Assembly (NCBI RefSeq): GCF_001194135.2
Contig: NC_068984.1
Coordinates: forward strand, 128,554,989 to 128,618,988
From: Octopus bimaculoides
Lineage: Eukaryota
Direction of reading: 5' to 3'
DNA length: 64,000 nucleotides
Shown here: positions 11,496 through 25,532 of the stretch, in pieces
How the letters are laid out: each line of letters starts with the position of its first letter
How positions within the stretch are numbered: position 1 is the stretch's first letter
Made by a program: the position numbers and the translations under genes
The notes under the pieces: generated by a model
What the model was told of the DNA's origin: nothing
Database searches by the model: none
The model's input: only the letters and a program-made list of their open reading frames with translations

Positions 11496-13634
11496 CCTAT
11501 ACATATAAACATACGTATATATACATATGTACGCATACATACATAAGCACACATACGCATGCAACAGGCTGAATGTGGTATTGTCCTTTAATTGGAGTGG
11601 TTTTCAAAAAGATTTCTAACGTCGATTCTTCATTCTTTGCTGAGAGTTTACTGTTGTAAAATGGCGAAGATATGAAAAGTAGTATTAGAATATTAAGTGC
11701 ATGATTAATTTATGGAATGAAGTTTTACAAACAAATCCAATCATATTTGTCAAAAATGGAGGAGATAAGATGTTAAAAAGTTGTAAGAAGTTTATTCATG
11801 CATACAGTTGTTTCGTGTATAGATATAAATTCATATTTGAATTTTAAAATGATCATAGTACTCATCAGTGCAGAGAGAAAATAATAATAGGAACTTAAAA
11901 AAAGAGCCAAAAATTTGGATCTATGAGTTCCATGCTTATCTGTTCCTATCTGTGTGCGATAGTGATGGGAATCATGTCAAATATTAAACCACAACTAACA
12001 GTTGAACGTTAGAGGATGATATAAATATAGAGATATCGATAACACTGTATAGATTAGTATAGATTTGCTAATTAAATCTCCATATATGCAGTATAGGGTG
12101 AATAAGTTAGAGAAATGTCCAATGAGAAAACGTTACCTAATGTAAATTAAATCTAACCGTTAGAAACAATACTTGGTATTTTTTATAAATAATCATAAAC
12201 AGATGGAGAAAGTTTAACGTTAAAAGATTTATGTTTGTAAAGCTTAGACTAGAAAGTTAATGGAGTCATTTATGAAAATATAGGAGGAGTGGGAAGAATT
12301 AAAAAGAATGAACTGGAAGTAGATTAAGGACTCTTGTTTACTCAAGATCCGTATTAAGGTAACATGGAAGTATAATAAAGGAGAAGATGAGGATAAGTGG
12401 TAATTCAGATGGAAATATTACAATTAAGGTTGTATATACTCCCGAAGTCATTGTTAAGAATAGAGATAAGATAACATATTAGGAGATACAGGAAGAAGAG
12501 AAATATAGAAGCGATAAGGTAATAAATTAGAGAGGGTGAAAATGAAACGAAACTTGACTAGTGTAAGAGAGATAATAATAATAATAAGAAAAATAATAAT
12601 AATGATCAAGTATTGGATGTAATGAGAGAAGTGAATGTTAAAAATAAAAGAAAGATAGATAAATGTATTGAATGTGTAGGATAATGCTATAAAAGGACAA
12701 ACGTCGCCCTTTCAAAGCCTAGCCAGGCTCATGGGCCCGGTTTCTATGGCGTATGTGTTCCCCCCAGCTGGACGGGACGCCAGTCCATCGCAGCGTTACT
12801 CAAGAAACAGGAAGAAAGAGTGAGAGAAAGTTGGGGGCACTCACTCTCTCTCTCTCTCACACACACACACAATCTTTCATACACACGTACATACATATGT
12901 ATACATCTATNNNNNNNNNNNNNNNNNNNNNNNNNNNNNNNNNNNNNNNNNNNNNNNNNNNNNNNNNNNNNNNNNNNNNNNNNNNNNNNNNNNNNNNNNN
13001 NNNNNNNNNNNNNNNNNNNNNNNNNNNNNNNNNNNNNNNNNNNNNNNNNNNNNNNNNNNNNNNNNNNNNNNNNNNNNNNNNNNNNNNNNNNNNNNNNNNN
13101 NNNNNNNNNNNNNNNNNNNNNNNNNNNNNNNNNNNNNNNNNNNNNNNNNNNNNNNNNNNNNNNNNNNNNNNNNNNNNNNNNNNNNNNNNNNNNNNNNNNN
13201 NNNNNNNNNNNNNNNNNNNNNNNNNNNNNNNNNNNNNNNNNNNNNNNNNNNNNNNNNNNNNNNNNNNNNNNNNNNNNNNNNNNNNNNNNNNNNNNNNNNN
13301 NNNNNNNNNNNNNNNNNNNNNNNNNNNNNNNNNNNNNNNNNNNNNNNNNNNNNNNNNNNNNNNNNNNNNNNNNNNNNNNNNNNNNNNNNNNNNNNNNNNN
13401 NNNNNNNNNNNNNNNNNNNNNNNNNNNNNNNNNNNNNNNNNNNNNNNNNNNNNNNNNNNNNNNNNNNNNNNNNNNNNNNNNNNNNNNNNNNNNNNNNNNN
13501 NNNNNATATTAGCAAGGACCAAAATTTGACCCCCTTAGAACCTTCTCCGACTAAGGAAAAACCTTCATGTCAAATTTGGAATAGATTATCCAGCAGTTTG
13601 GCCGTGCATAGAGGAAACACAGACAGACAGACAG

Positions 13635-13665
<31 letters not shown>

Positions 13666-16600
13666 GAATTTTATAGATATGGATATATATACGATGGGCT
13701 TCTTTCACTTTCCGGCTACCAAATCCACTTACAAGGCCGTGGTTGGTCCAAGGCTATAGTAGAAGACACATGCCCAAGGTGCCACGCAGTGGGACTGAAC
13801 CCGGAACCATGTGAATAGGAAGCAAGCTTCTTATAACACATTGTTAATTTTTTTCGACCTCTAGAGTAATATGGGATTTATGAAAAGAAAGCTTTATATA
13901 ACCCAGAACATATAAAACAAACGATTGCAGCATGGAAAACCTTTTTTTGTCATTCAAAAACACACAGAAACCATTGACTTTACTTAAATATTTATCTTTC
14001 ATCTTTTGTATTTTACTTGTTTCATTAGAGTGCGACCATGCTGGGGCACCGTCTTGAAGAACTTATAGTCGAATGTGTCGATCCCAGTACTTTCTTTATG
14101 CTTGGCATTTATTCTATCGGGTCTTTTACCGAACCGCTAGATTACGGGGACATAAACACATCAACACCGGTTGTCAAGCGGTGGGACAGACACACACATA
14201 TACGACAGGCTTCTTTCAGTTACTGTTTATCAAATCCACTCACAAGGCTTTGGTCTGCCCGAGGCTATATAGCAGAAGACACTTTCCTAAGGTGCCACAC
14301 AGCGGGACTGAACCAGGAACCAAGTAGTTGGGAAGCAAGCTTCTTACCACACAACCTCTTATTTGTAATATGGTGTCAACATTTTCGTCGCTCGAAACTG
14401 CGACCTGCTCACCAACAAAAAAATCGTGCCGCACAATTTTAGATCAAAACTCTTGCCATGCAAGTACAACTTAAACAAAGGCTAACTAAAAGTCTGGAAA
14501 CTAGCATGGACTTTTAGAACAAATTTAAGGAAACGTTTCGGACAGAGAAAAGGTTAATCCTACGTAACTTAAACAATGAAATTTGCAAATTTCGGAAAAA
14601 GTTTGTATTATAAGCTGAGGTGGGAGAAATCGATTTTTCAAGTCCTACATCGTATAGAACATATTTTAAAATTTAGATTTGAAAGTGGCGAGCTGGAAGA
14701 ATCGTTACCGCGCCGGACAAAAAGCTTAGCGGTATTTCATCCGTCTTTACGGTCTGCGTTCAAACTCCGCCGAGGTCCTCTTTGCCTGTCATTCTTTCGG
14801 GGTCAATGAAATAAGTACCAGTTGAACACTGGAGTCAATATAATCGACTTATCCTCTTCCTGAAATTGCTGGTCTAAAATTTGAAATCGATATTTAAGTT
14901 TGAAGAAGTGAATCACCGAATTCCTTTTCAATTTATTTTCTATCCAATCTTCCTTCTGTTAAGAATGTACCTTCGCCGGCGAGCTGGCAGAATCGTTAAC
15001 ACGCCGGGCGAAATGCTTAGCAGTATTTCGTCTGCCGTTACGTTCTGAGTTCAAATTTCGCCGAGGTCGACTTTGCTTTTCATCCTTTCGGGGTCAATAA
15101 ATTAAGTACCAGTTATGCACTGGGGTCGATGTAATCTACTTAATCCCTTTGTCTGTCCTTGTTTGTCTCTTCTATGTTTAGCTTCTTGTGGGCAATAAAG
15201 AAATAAGAATGTACCTTCGCCATAACTACCGCCTTCTTCTGATTTGATGCCGTAACCACCATGATCCTTTCAGTTCTGTCTTCTCTTTCTTTTAAAAGCG
15301 TAAAACTTTCGAGGTCTTTTTGTTGGACATTCCCTAGACACACGTAATCACTTACCAAATTTACTGATTATTTTTCAGTGTCCATGGATGCTGTTCACCA
15401 TGTTATCTCTTGCACCCACGAACAGAAAAGAGAGACGAATAATCTTTAAATTTGGAAAAGCTTCTCCACCAGGAATAAGTTAATGATTTTCCTTTTCTTA
15501 TTTGTCTTTTTCCTGATCTTAAACCCTTCCCTTTCAGAGCATAGACACACTTTATCCCCACATACATATACACTTCACCCTTCCTTTTCTTCGAAATATT
15601 CACCCTTCAGCCTTGTCTCAAAATGCTTGTGTCACAAGGGTGGAGAGAAATTAATCAATATTTTCTCATAGACTATTATATGAAGCTCTTACTAGAGAGC
15701 GTCCGTTTCTTGACGTAAAGATAACACTTAAGATAGAAGTGGCAAATGTATAATAAATGCAGTTTTCAAAGAGACCCTCATCTAAGCATGCGCCTTCAGT
15801 ACACCTTTGTGTACTTTACACCATCCCCAGAATTAAGGTTTCAAAAAAAAAAAAAAAAAAAATTCAATTTCAAAAGAAATTGTGTATTTCATGGTTTAAC
15901 TATGCTAAGTTTGTTCGTAGATTATAAATATCGGATACTAATAAAGGTTAAATTCGAACTTTATAAAAAATGTGTTATTACGGATGTGTTCTTTGATAAG
16001 GAAAAAAATCTAAAAAGAGTTAAACCTGATTTGAAACTATGATTATTTCGGTTAATTATAATAATAAATATGATTTTGTCGATAAGAGTTCCAGTCTATT
16101 TAAATCTTGAGATAAATACAGAAAATTCGGCCAATAAAACTTCTAAAATAAGTATAATTAATGTATTTTTAATTTGCTAATCGATGTATTTTCAAATCCT
16201 TATCGTTCATATATTTACATTTTCCCAATATTTTAGAATTAATTTCTAAATAAATTCTACTTTCAAAATTGTGGCAACGTTCCACGAGTTTCCAAATAGA
16301 ATTATCCTTGGAATTAATCAATACAGTAGTTCCAGTATGTTATGCTTAATTTTAGGCGATCTGCCAATAAATATCTCTCTAAGTTGGAAGAGTTTCTCTT
16401 ATACTAACAAACCACAGCGACTAACTCGTTCTTTCATGTTTCTTAGAGTGACAACTTTCCATGTTTAAAAGTAAATAGTTTTGAATTGGATGAGATACAA
16501 TTCTAATTTCTAATGCATACTCGTAGTCTACCCTATGGTTCTAGACGCTAAACATAGTGTATGCCATCAATATGTTAATCAAATATGAACATTTTTTGTT

Positions 16601-19600
16601 GAAGTTAAGCTTACGGGGGAACCTCTGCATAGTCGATCCTACTTGAAATGGCAGTCAAATTTTCTTCAAATGACACCCTATTTTCATCAGAAAAAAAAAC
16701 AACAAAAACTATTCGTTGGGTCTATCTATCTATCTATCTGTTAAAACTCACTGATTGCTTGCTTGCTCACTTGTCTGTCATTTAATACAGTCAAACTGGC
16801 GCATAATGGGGAAACAGTATGAATTAAGGTATCCCTGAAATGTGAATACAAACGGAATAAAAAATATTTGCGATAAAGGACCCGAAATAACTATTACGTG
16901 GTAGCAGGGCGTGCTAGAAATAGCAGCCAAATCTTTCTTTTTCTGGGGAAAGGAGCCGTTTACGCGTGATTTCGATGTCACATTCGTTGAAAGCATGCGA
17001 AATAACCTGGAAAAGAAAAAAAAATCCGCGAAACAAAACTCCGTTGGTAGGAAAATCGGGGTTTCCCGGGAAACTCCGAGGTCCTCGCCATCCCTCCACC
17101 TCTTTCTTTTCCGGAAAAAAGTGACTTGCGGCGGGTTTGGAGGTCAGATACGTTGAATGCACTCGAAAACACCCGTGGAAAAAAACGATTTCACACCGAG
17201 GTAGGAACGAGTTCTTTACGAAATATTTATCCAAGATCGGATCAGGCATGCGAATAGAATGATCGATGAGACTGATAAAGTAAAGACTGAGCGTCTGGCG
17301 AAACAGAGGGAAAGGGACAAAAGCAGGAGACATCATGAATCGGATGCTCATGCGAATATAAACGGAATAAAATAAGTTTCGTGTAAATCAGACCACGGGT
17401 TACCGAGATACACGTTATTTTTCGGGTACCTTTAAAAATAGCCAAACCGGCGTATAATGGGAAAAATACTTTGAAAGTAAGGTACCATTGAAATGTGACT
17501 ACAAGCGGTATAACGCAAGTTTTGCGAAAATCGGACCACGGATTCCCGAGATACGCGGTTTTTTTCGGGTACCTTGAACTACTGGTGACCCAACTGCATA
17601 GTCGTGGATAGACTATCAGTGCCGCCCATGCTGGATTGTCATTTATCCGATTCACACTTTTCTTTGATGCAACTTTCCAACTTTCCAATAATATTCTGCT
17701 ACAATCTATGTTATAATGCTTGACCATGGGAAAGAAATTGCAGATATAATCTATTATATACACAGCATTTATATTACTCACAAAATATTTAGGTAGTTGA
17801 TTTTACAAAGAAATCAAAGACTTGATTCAAGGTCTAAGACAATCTGTTTTGACAAGTTAGATTTTAATAAAAGATGGTTCACCATTTTTAAATTTCTTTT
17901 TTACATCGTCAAATAATAAAATATGAAGTCAACGAAATAGCGCAGTAGTTGTATTAAGGTGGTTTGAAAACTTGCAGAAATAGTCCAGGAAGATACCAGC
18001 TGATAAAGTACAGCTTCCTATATTTACAATTACTATTCACACCAACCAAACCTATTTATGAGGAGAATTAATATAGGTTTAATGAAAAGTGTTGAGGCAC
18101 TTTTAGTTCAAACTATATAAGCATTTACGTGAATTTGGCAGAAATGGCTAGTAAATAAATAGAGTAGTAAAGTTCGTATTCGAAGTAATAGTACTTTAAT
18201 AAATAAGTAGGAAGATTTAATATTGGATGCCTAAACAAAAAATTTATTAAACTTACGGCAAGATAGTTCGCATTCTTCTTTATTTTCGAAATTGTTCGCG
18301 TTTCCTTGACAACCAGAATATGAAAATATTTCACAATGGCCTGTTTTACTGTTGAAGAAATACCGCAGCAATCGGGCGCGACATAATCCCACTTTTTGAG
18401 GTTGTTCACATACTGGAATAATAAGTGGTAACTAAATTGAATTGAAATCTTAAAAGCTATCATCTGACACCAACACATAAAACATACGCACACAGCATAC
18501 ACTCACAGAAGATCATGCGTAGAAACTTACAATACATTCAATTCAGACATGAATTTTAAATACCGCAACTGTCAACTCAACCACAATAGACACAAACAAC
18601 AACATATGGTAATAGGTTAGTGCTTACATACTCGATACAATGTGCCAAGAATTTTCTAATTATTTGAAATTACTCTCCGTAGAGAGAATCATTAATGTAA
18701 TAATCGATTGCGCAGCGTCTGGCATCGTGCTCGACGCAAGACAATTAGAAGTCTTCTTTACAGTTTTACTTCGTAAGATTCACCGATCAAGGATATAATT
18801 TCATTCTCTATTTTGATTCTTATTCTGAAGGTGGTAACTGAACCGTGATGGCGAAAGGAAACTAAAGAGCATCTACACATCTTGATTATATGTTAGGTTT
18901 CTTTATAAACCCTACTCTTTACTGGTTTACTTTATCTATGAACCCTGTTAGACATTGGTTTATCTTATGATAATCTCTGACCGTTGGTTAAGATTGATCA
19001 TGAATCTGCACCAACTGGCGCAAGGTTTTCTTGAGAAAGACAAACAGTTAACCATGCATGCAAGTTTCCCTTCTCGCTGTTAGTGTTGTCCGAAAGTAAG
19101 GTTTTTCATAATAAACCAACGTAGCTTGGTACTAGATTTGTTGTAGTCGTAGCTTGCTGCCAGAACACAAAGAGTCAGTACAAATACCACTTAACATCTT
19201 ATCCAATGCTTTAACACTTCTGTCAAGCCAATACTCTGGACAGACACCTTATTATCGACTCCGAAAGGATAAAAGACAACGTTGATTTACGCAAGATTTG
19301 AATTCAGAGCGTTGGAGCAAATACCACATGCAAGCTCTTACGACTCTGCTGCCTGGTTAAACTAAGCTTACTGTCTACTGAATTTGCCAAAACCCACTTG
19401 ATGCGCTTGCTTTTCACCTCTACCCATCAAACCACAGCATTGCAGTCTTCACATCTTATGTTAAATACTGTGACTAATCCTTCGTCCCTAGAAATGCCGC
19501 TTTCATTTATTTGCCAACGTCGGTTCAAACTTAAAATTAACTTACTTTTGGAAGATATAAGTCGGTCCCAAATATTCTTTTCTACTCAAGGCACAAGGCC

Positions 19601-21175
19601 TAATAAACTAATAAATAATTGAATAAATAAATAATAATAACCCTTTCTGCTATAGGCACAAGCCCAGCAGTTTCGGGGGAGGAGCTAAGTCGATTACATC
19701 GATCTCAGTGCTCAACTGGTGATTATTTTACTGACCTCGAAAGGATGAAAGGCAAAATCGACCTCAGCAGCATGTGAACTTAGAACGTAAAGACAGACGA
19801 AATACTGCTCAGCATTTTGTCCGACACGCTGAAAAAATAATGTTTAGTGATATTTCGTCCGTTTTGGCGTCCTGAGTTCAAATTCCACCAAAGTCGACTT
19901 TGCCTTTTATTATTTCGGGGTAAGAACCAGTTGAGTACTGTGGTCAATGTAACCGAATTCGCCTCCTCTTAAAATTGCTGGCTTTGTGCTAAAAAATCAC
20001 AAAGCATTACACAGGGTGTCCACACGGTCTCGGTATATGGAGTAAATAAGATCATAACATAAACAATTAGATAAGAAATAATAATTTCTTAAAGTATGTG
20101 TTAATTCCCCATGTGGGTACATGGAGTAAATAAAATCATAACATAAACAATTAAATATAAGAAATAATAATTTCTTAAAGTATGTCTTAATCCCCATGTA
20201 CCCAGACTTTGTGGACACCCTGTACGTATAGCAGGGCATTAGCAGTGTCATTAGATCGTCGGATAAAACGCTATGTGATATTTCTTCTGATACACTATGC
20301 TATGAGTTCAAATTCTACCGAAGTCAACTTTACTTTTCATCCATCTGCGACTCATAAAATAAAGTACCAGCCATGTGCTAAGTTCGATTAAAACGATTAT
20401 CCTCTCCCCGAAATTTCAGGCTTTGTGCATATATAAGAAACACTGTAGTATATATGTATACAATTATGTGCGTTGACTACAGCATTAGAGCATTTTAGCT
20501 CTTATTTCTAGCAATGTAGCTGTGTCTAACACCTTAGTCATATTTAGTGACAATTAAAGGCGGCGAGCTGGCAGAATCGTTAGCACGATGTACGAAATGC
20601 TTAGCGGTACTTCGCCCGTCGTTACGTTCTGAGTTCAAATTCCGTCGAGGCCGACTTTGCTTTTCATCCTTTCGGGGTTGATAAAAAGAATACCAGTGAA
20701 ACACTGGGGTCGATATAATCAGTTAGTCTCCTCCCAAAAAATTTCAGAGCTTGTGCCTTTAATAGAAAGGATATTTAGTGACAATTATAGTTTTCCTTTT
20801 TGGTGAAACATTGCATACTGCTGTCTATATTTAATTTTATGTTGGCATCAATTTTAAAACCCATCCAAGACTTGGCCCCCGTGCTATCCGCCCACTACAG
20901 AAATCGAACTCAGGACACATAACATTACGTCACAACTACTTTACCTCAACCGGTCCAGCTCTCTTTAATATCATATCAAGATACGTCAAAACGGAAACGG
21001 ATCCCATAAAATTCAAAAGTTCACTGAACAAATTTCTTCAAAAAATCCCGGACCAACCTCCTACGACTGGATGAGCCATGGTGCCCCTTATATGACTAAA
21101 ATACTTCACCAGGTAGTACTATTAAGTTAGACATAGCCTGGGCCTATACTGGCCGAAAATTACCAAAGTTATATA

Positions 21176-21214
<39 letters not shown>

Positions 21215-24200
21215 GTGTATGTATGTATTTTACTTGTTTTAGTCATTAGATTGCGGTCATGCTGGAGCATCACCTTGAAGAATTTTTAGTCGAATGAATC
21301 GATCCCAGAGTTTAATTTTATTTTAAGACTGGTACTTAATCTGTCGGTCTCTTTTTGCCGAAACGTTAAGTTACGGGGACCTAAACACACCAACACCAGT
21401 GTGATAAAAAAATAAAATAATAAAAAGAAAGAAAGGTTGTAATATTTACATGGGGCATTGCTGAACGTGGATGCTGCGGGTTTCAAGCAACAAAGCCCGT
21501 AGTTGTTGTTCGGATGAATGACGCATTTATAATCACCAACACAGTTGACGACGGGTGAAACCTTACCGAAACAATAGTCATTCGGTGTACCGGTTTCACA
21601 AATATTCTCCACATGACCGGGACTTCCGGCTGACAATGAAAATAATCAATGAAAAATAACAAAACAAAGCAAAACAACAAAAAAAAAAAAAATTAAAATC
21701 GTTGTTGACGGTGTTGCTGATGGTGTTGTTTTTGGTGGTGGTGGTGGTGTTTTAGTTCTTGGTCAACTTTGATCGAATAGACTTAAATAATCAAAGGCAT
21801 TCTACCTTATCTGCGATCAACCCATCTTCTTTCAATGAAGCCAGGAGGCTGTGACTCGATTTAGCTCTTATTTCCAGTAAGTCGAACAACTACGCAGAGG
21901 CTCCCTCGTTGGCTGCTTAGTGTACAATGGTTGTTATTTTGTTAGCCGCGGTGATGATGATGGTGGTGGTGGTGGTGGTGATAGTGGTGATGATGATGAT
22001 GATAATTAGTATTGTGATGATTATCATTTATACCACCACCATCATCGTCATCATCGTCGTCATAACCACCACTACCACCATCATAATTAGCGTCGCTACT
22101 TCACCATCACCACCGCTGCCGCCGCCGTCATCATCATCATCATCGTCGTCGTCATTGTCGTTTTCATCAGTATCAGCCCATCATCATCATCATGATCATC
22201 ATCAACATCAATATAAGTCAATACATAGTAATTATCTAAAGTCTGCATGAGTGAAGGTGATTATTGTTGAGTATTAACGATTGTTTTCATTTTAATTATG
22301 ATAATTATCGATAATTACTGATAAATTAAATAGAAGTTATTAACAGAAATTAAATATTTGATAGGAACGGTGTTTCATCTTTAATAATTAGCTTGATTAA
22401 TAACGCAACAACGGCAAATTTAACAGTCAATAGCCAATGATTTTGCTTGCTATATATCTATCGAATTGGCGGAAACGTTAGCGCGTCAGTTTTTGTATTA
22501 ACTTCTACGTTCTGAGTTCGATCCCGACTGCAGACAATTTTTTTTTTCATTCTTTCGGTGTCGATTAAATCTCTGTAGGCACAAGGCTTGAAATTTTGGG
22601 GGAAGGGTACTAATCGATTAGATCAAACCCAGTGCGTGATTGATACTTATTTTATCGACCTCTGAAAGGATGACAGGCAAAATCAACTTCTACGGAATTT
22701 GAAATTAGAACGTAAGCCGGAAGACATGCAGTTAAGTGTTTTGTCCGAAGTGCTAACGATTTTGCCAGCTAGCTGCCTCCTTCGCCGTCGCTTAATCGAG
22801 GCAGTTGACTGGCGTGATTGTTAGAGGCTCGAACAAGATGTTTTACGTTGTCCGTTCTGGCTTTTTGCAATTTGAATCTGAGCTCGAATTCTGATTAGTT
22901 GCGAATGACAAAAGCTAATCGTCTGACCACGGAGTACCACATGACCAGAAATTGGCCTGCATAGAATATGTAGGCCTACAACCAGCTATAAGACAAGGTT
23001 TTATCCGGCAGTGGATGGAAAACGGCTGAATGGAATTAGATAATCTTATTTGAACAATGCATACACACACCCAAACGTATGCATTCATACAAAATTACCC
23101 GAATGAAATCTGCCTAAAATTATAAAAGGTATACTGAGAGTATAGTTATTCCATTTCGACGCAAGGGTGGCTAGAGACTAACATAAACAATGTCTTCGGG
23201 GAGAAATATTCGGTAGACGTAAAGAATGTGGACCGCANNNNNNNNNNNNNNNNNNNNNNNNNNNNNNNNNNNNNNNNNNNNNNNNNNNNNNNNNNNNNNN
23301 NNNNNNNNNNNNNNNNNAAAAAAAAAAAAAAAAAAGAAAAAGAAAAAAAAAATGAGCCGGCATTTTAAAATTTTAATTCCCTTCCCCACCAAATTTTTCA
23401 ATTTTCGCTTTTCTCAGATTTTTTTTTTTTTGCGAAATACATAGAAAACTACAGAGATTATGATTCCGAAAAAAAAAAAAAATTGAAAAGCTTCAATTTT
23501 AAAGAAAAACAGCGAAAATTGAAGAATTCGGGGTTGGTGGGGGAATTAAAATTTTTAAATGCCGTTTTTTTTTGGTTTGCTGAATCAGAATAATCTCCGT
23601 ACTCGAAAATGGGGGATTCTGTATAAGAAAAAAGAAAAAACAAAAAAACAAAAAATAACCAAAGTGGGTGCGGGTCCACATTCTTTACGTCCGCCAAATA
23701 TTCATGAAGCCAACAAACATTTATGCAAGGGTACATATTTTGGGTTCATTTTTTCGGCACAAGGTCAGTAATTTCGGGAAGTAAGTCGATTACATCGACC
23801 CCAGTGCTCAACTGATACTTGCTTTATCGACATGCCGCGAAGCATTTTGCCCGGCGTGCTAACGGTTGTGCCATCTCATCGCCTAATGGATACATATTAT
23901 GTTTGACAAGAAAGAAAATACAAATCACAGTGAATAGGAATATTAGCCTCTTCTGGACCTACGATAAATATTTCACACCTCATTTAGAAGGCTACGCTTT
24001 TATTATCTAAGAACAGGAGATAGCTACAAATATCTGATCAACGAGAGACACCTATATATTGTTGGCACTCCGTCGCTTACGACGTCGAGGGTTCCAGTTG
24101 ATCGGATCAACGGAACAGCCTGCTCGTGAAATTAACGTGCAAGTGGCTGAGCACTCCACAGACACGTGTACCATTAACGTAGTTCTCGGGGATATTCAGC

Positions 24201-25500
24201 GTGACACAGTGTGACAAGGCTGACCCTTTCAATTACAGGCACAACAGAAACAGGAAGTAAGAGTGAGAGAAAGTTGTGGTGAAAGAGTACAGTAGGGTTC
24301 ACCACCATCCCCTGCCGGAGCCTCGTGGAGCTTTAGGTGTTTTCGCTTAATAAACATTCACAACGCCTGGTCTGGGAATCGAAACCGCGATCCTATGACC
24401 GCGAGTCCACTGCCCTAACCACTGGGCCATTGCGCCTCCACTGCCTATATATATTTATATCTTAAAAGGAAAAATTAAATCAGGATGCTCATAATTTGGA
24501 ATTTTTTCTACTGACATGAGGATATACAGTAACATGAAATAATCTGCAGGAAAAGAAACAGCCATCCTATCGTTAATAGCAGTCAAATCTCCCCCGAGTC
24601 GCCCTCTGTTGTCTTAAGAATAGAAATAAACAGATGGAATAATATACTCCTTGGTACGTTATTACGTTATATCTGGATTAAAGACGGGAAGGTCAGGGAT
24701 AGAACATATTTAATCACAGGTTGGTTTGATAAGAACTGACATCATCATCATCATCAGCATTATCATCAAAGCAGCAATACCACCAGCACCATCAGCACCA
24801 CGACCACCATCAATAACAGCAATAACGACATGCATTCATCATCTATAATTATGCAGGCTCTTTAATATGGTTGCTGAGAGAAACATCAAATGATAAATTC
24901 TCTGTTGAATGGAAATAGAAATATATGAGACGTATAGAGTGAGAGAGAGAGAGAGGGCAAGAGATTGAAAGAGAATGAGAAAGAGAGCGAGAGCAGTGGA
25001 CGTGCATAAAGAAAAGAGAACAAGAAAGAAACGAGAATCAAAGAATGGCATGATATTTTGCCTAAATCTTTGAGCAAAAATGAATTTGGAAAGCAGTATA
25101 GTCACGTAAAAGACGATTAGACAGTAATGAGAATCTTTTGTGCTTACCAGGAATACATTTGGCCACCTCCGTCTTGCACACGCCTGAAGGACATTTTCTT
25201 GATTCTGTTTCTACCTTGCACGTATGACCGGGGTTACATGAAACTTCCTGTGGGAATTAAAGCAAATGAGACGATTCCAGCAATTATTCTGAGCAAATGT
25301 CTTGGGAATATGAAAGATTGTTAGAACATCATTTATTTTCTTCATAATAGATGCTGAAGCAACAAATAGCACACGTATGAATATATATACGTATATATAT
25401 ATACACATATATACACATATGTATAAATATATTTGCATGCATGTATGAATGTGTAAGTGTATGTGTGTATGTATGTGCGTGTATGTTATATTATACTGTG

Positions 25501-25532
<32 letters not shown>

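Noticed and set aside
18125-18502. 125-aa ORF with WDYV...CCG resembling a tetraspanin loop
   Set aside because: The spacing is wrong for a tetraspanin. It is an alternative frame overlapping the true Kunitz-1 exon.
21927-22250. 107-aa ORF with a hydrophobic N-terminus and His/Ser tail
   Set aside because: Entirely explained by GGT/GAT/CAT microsatellites.
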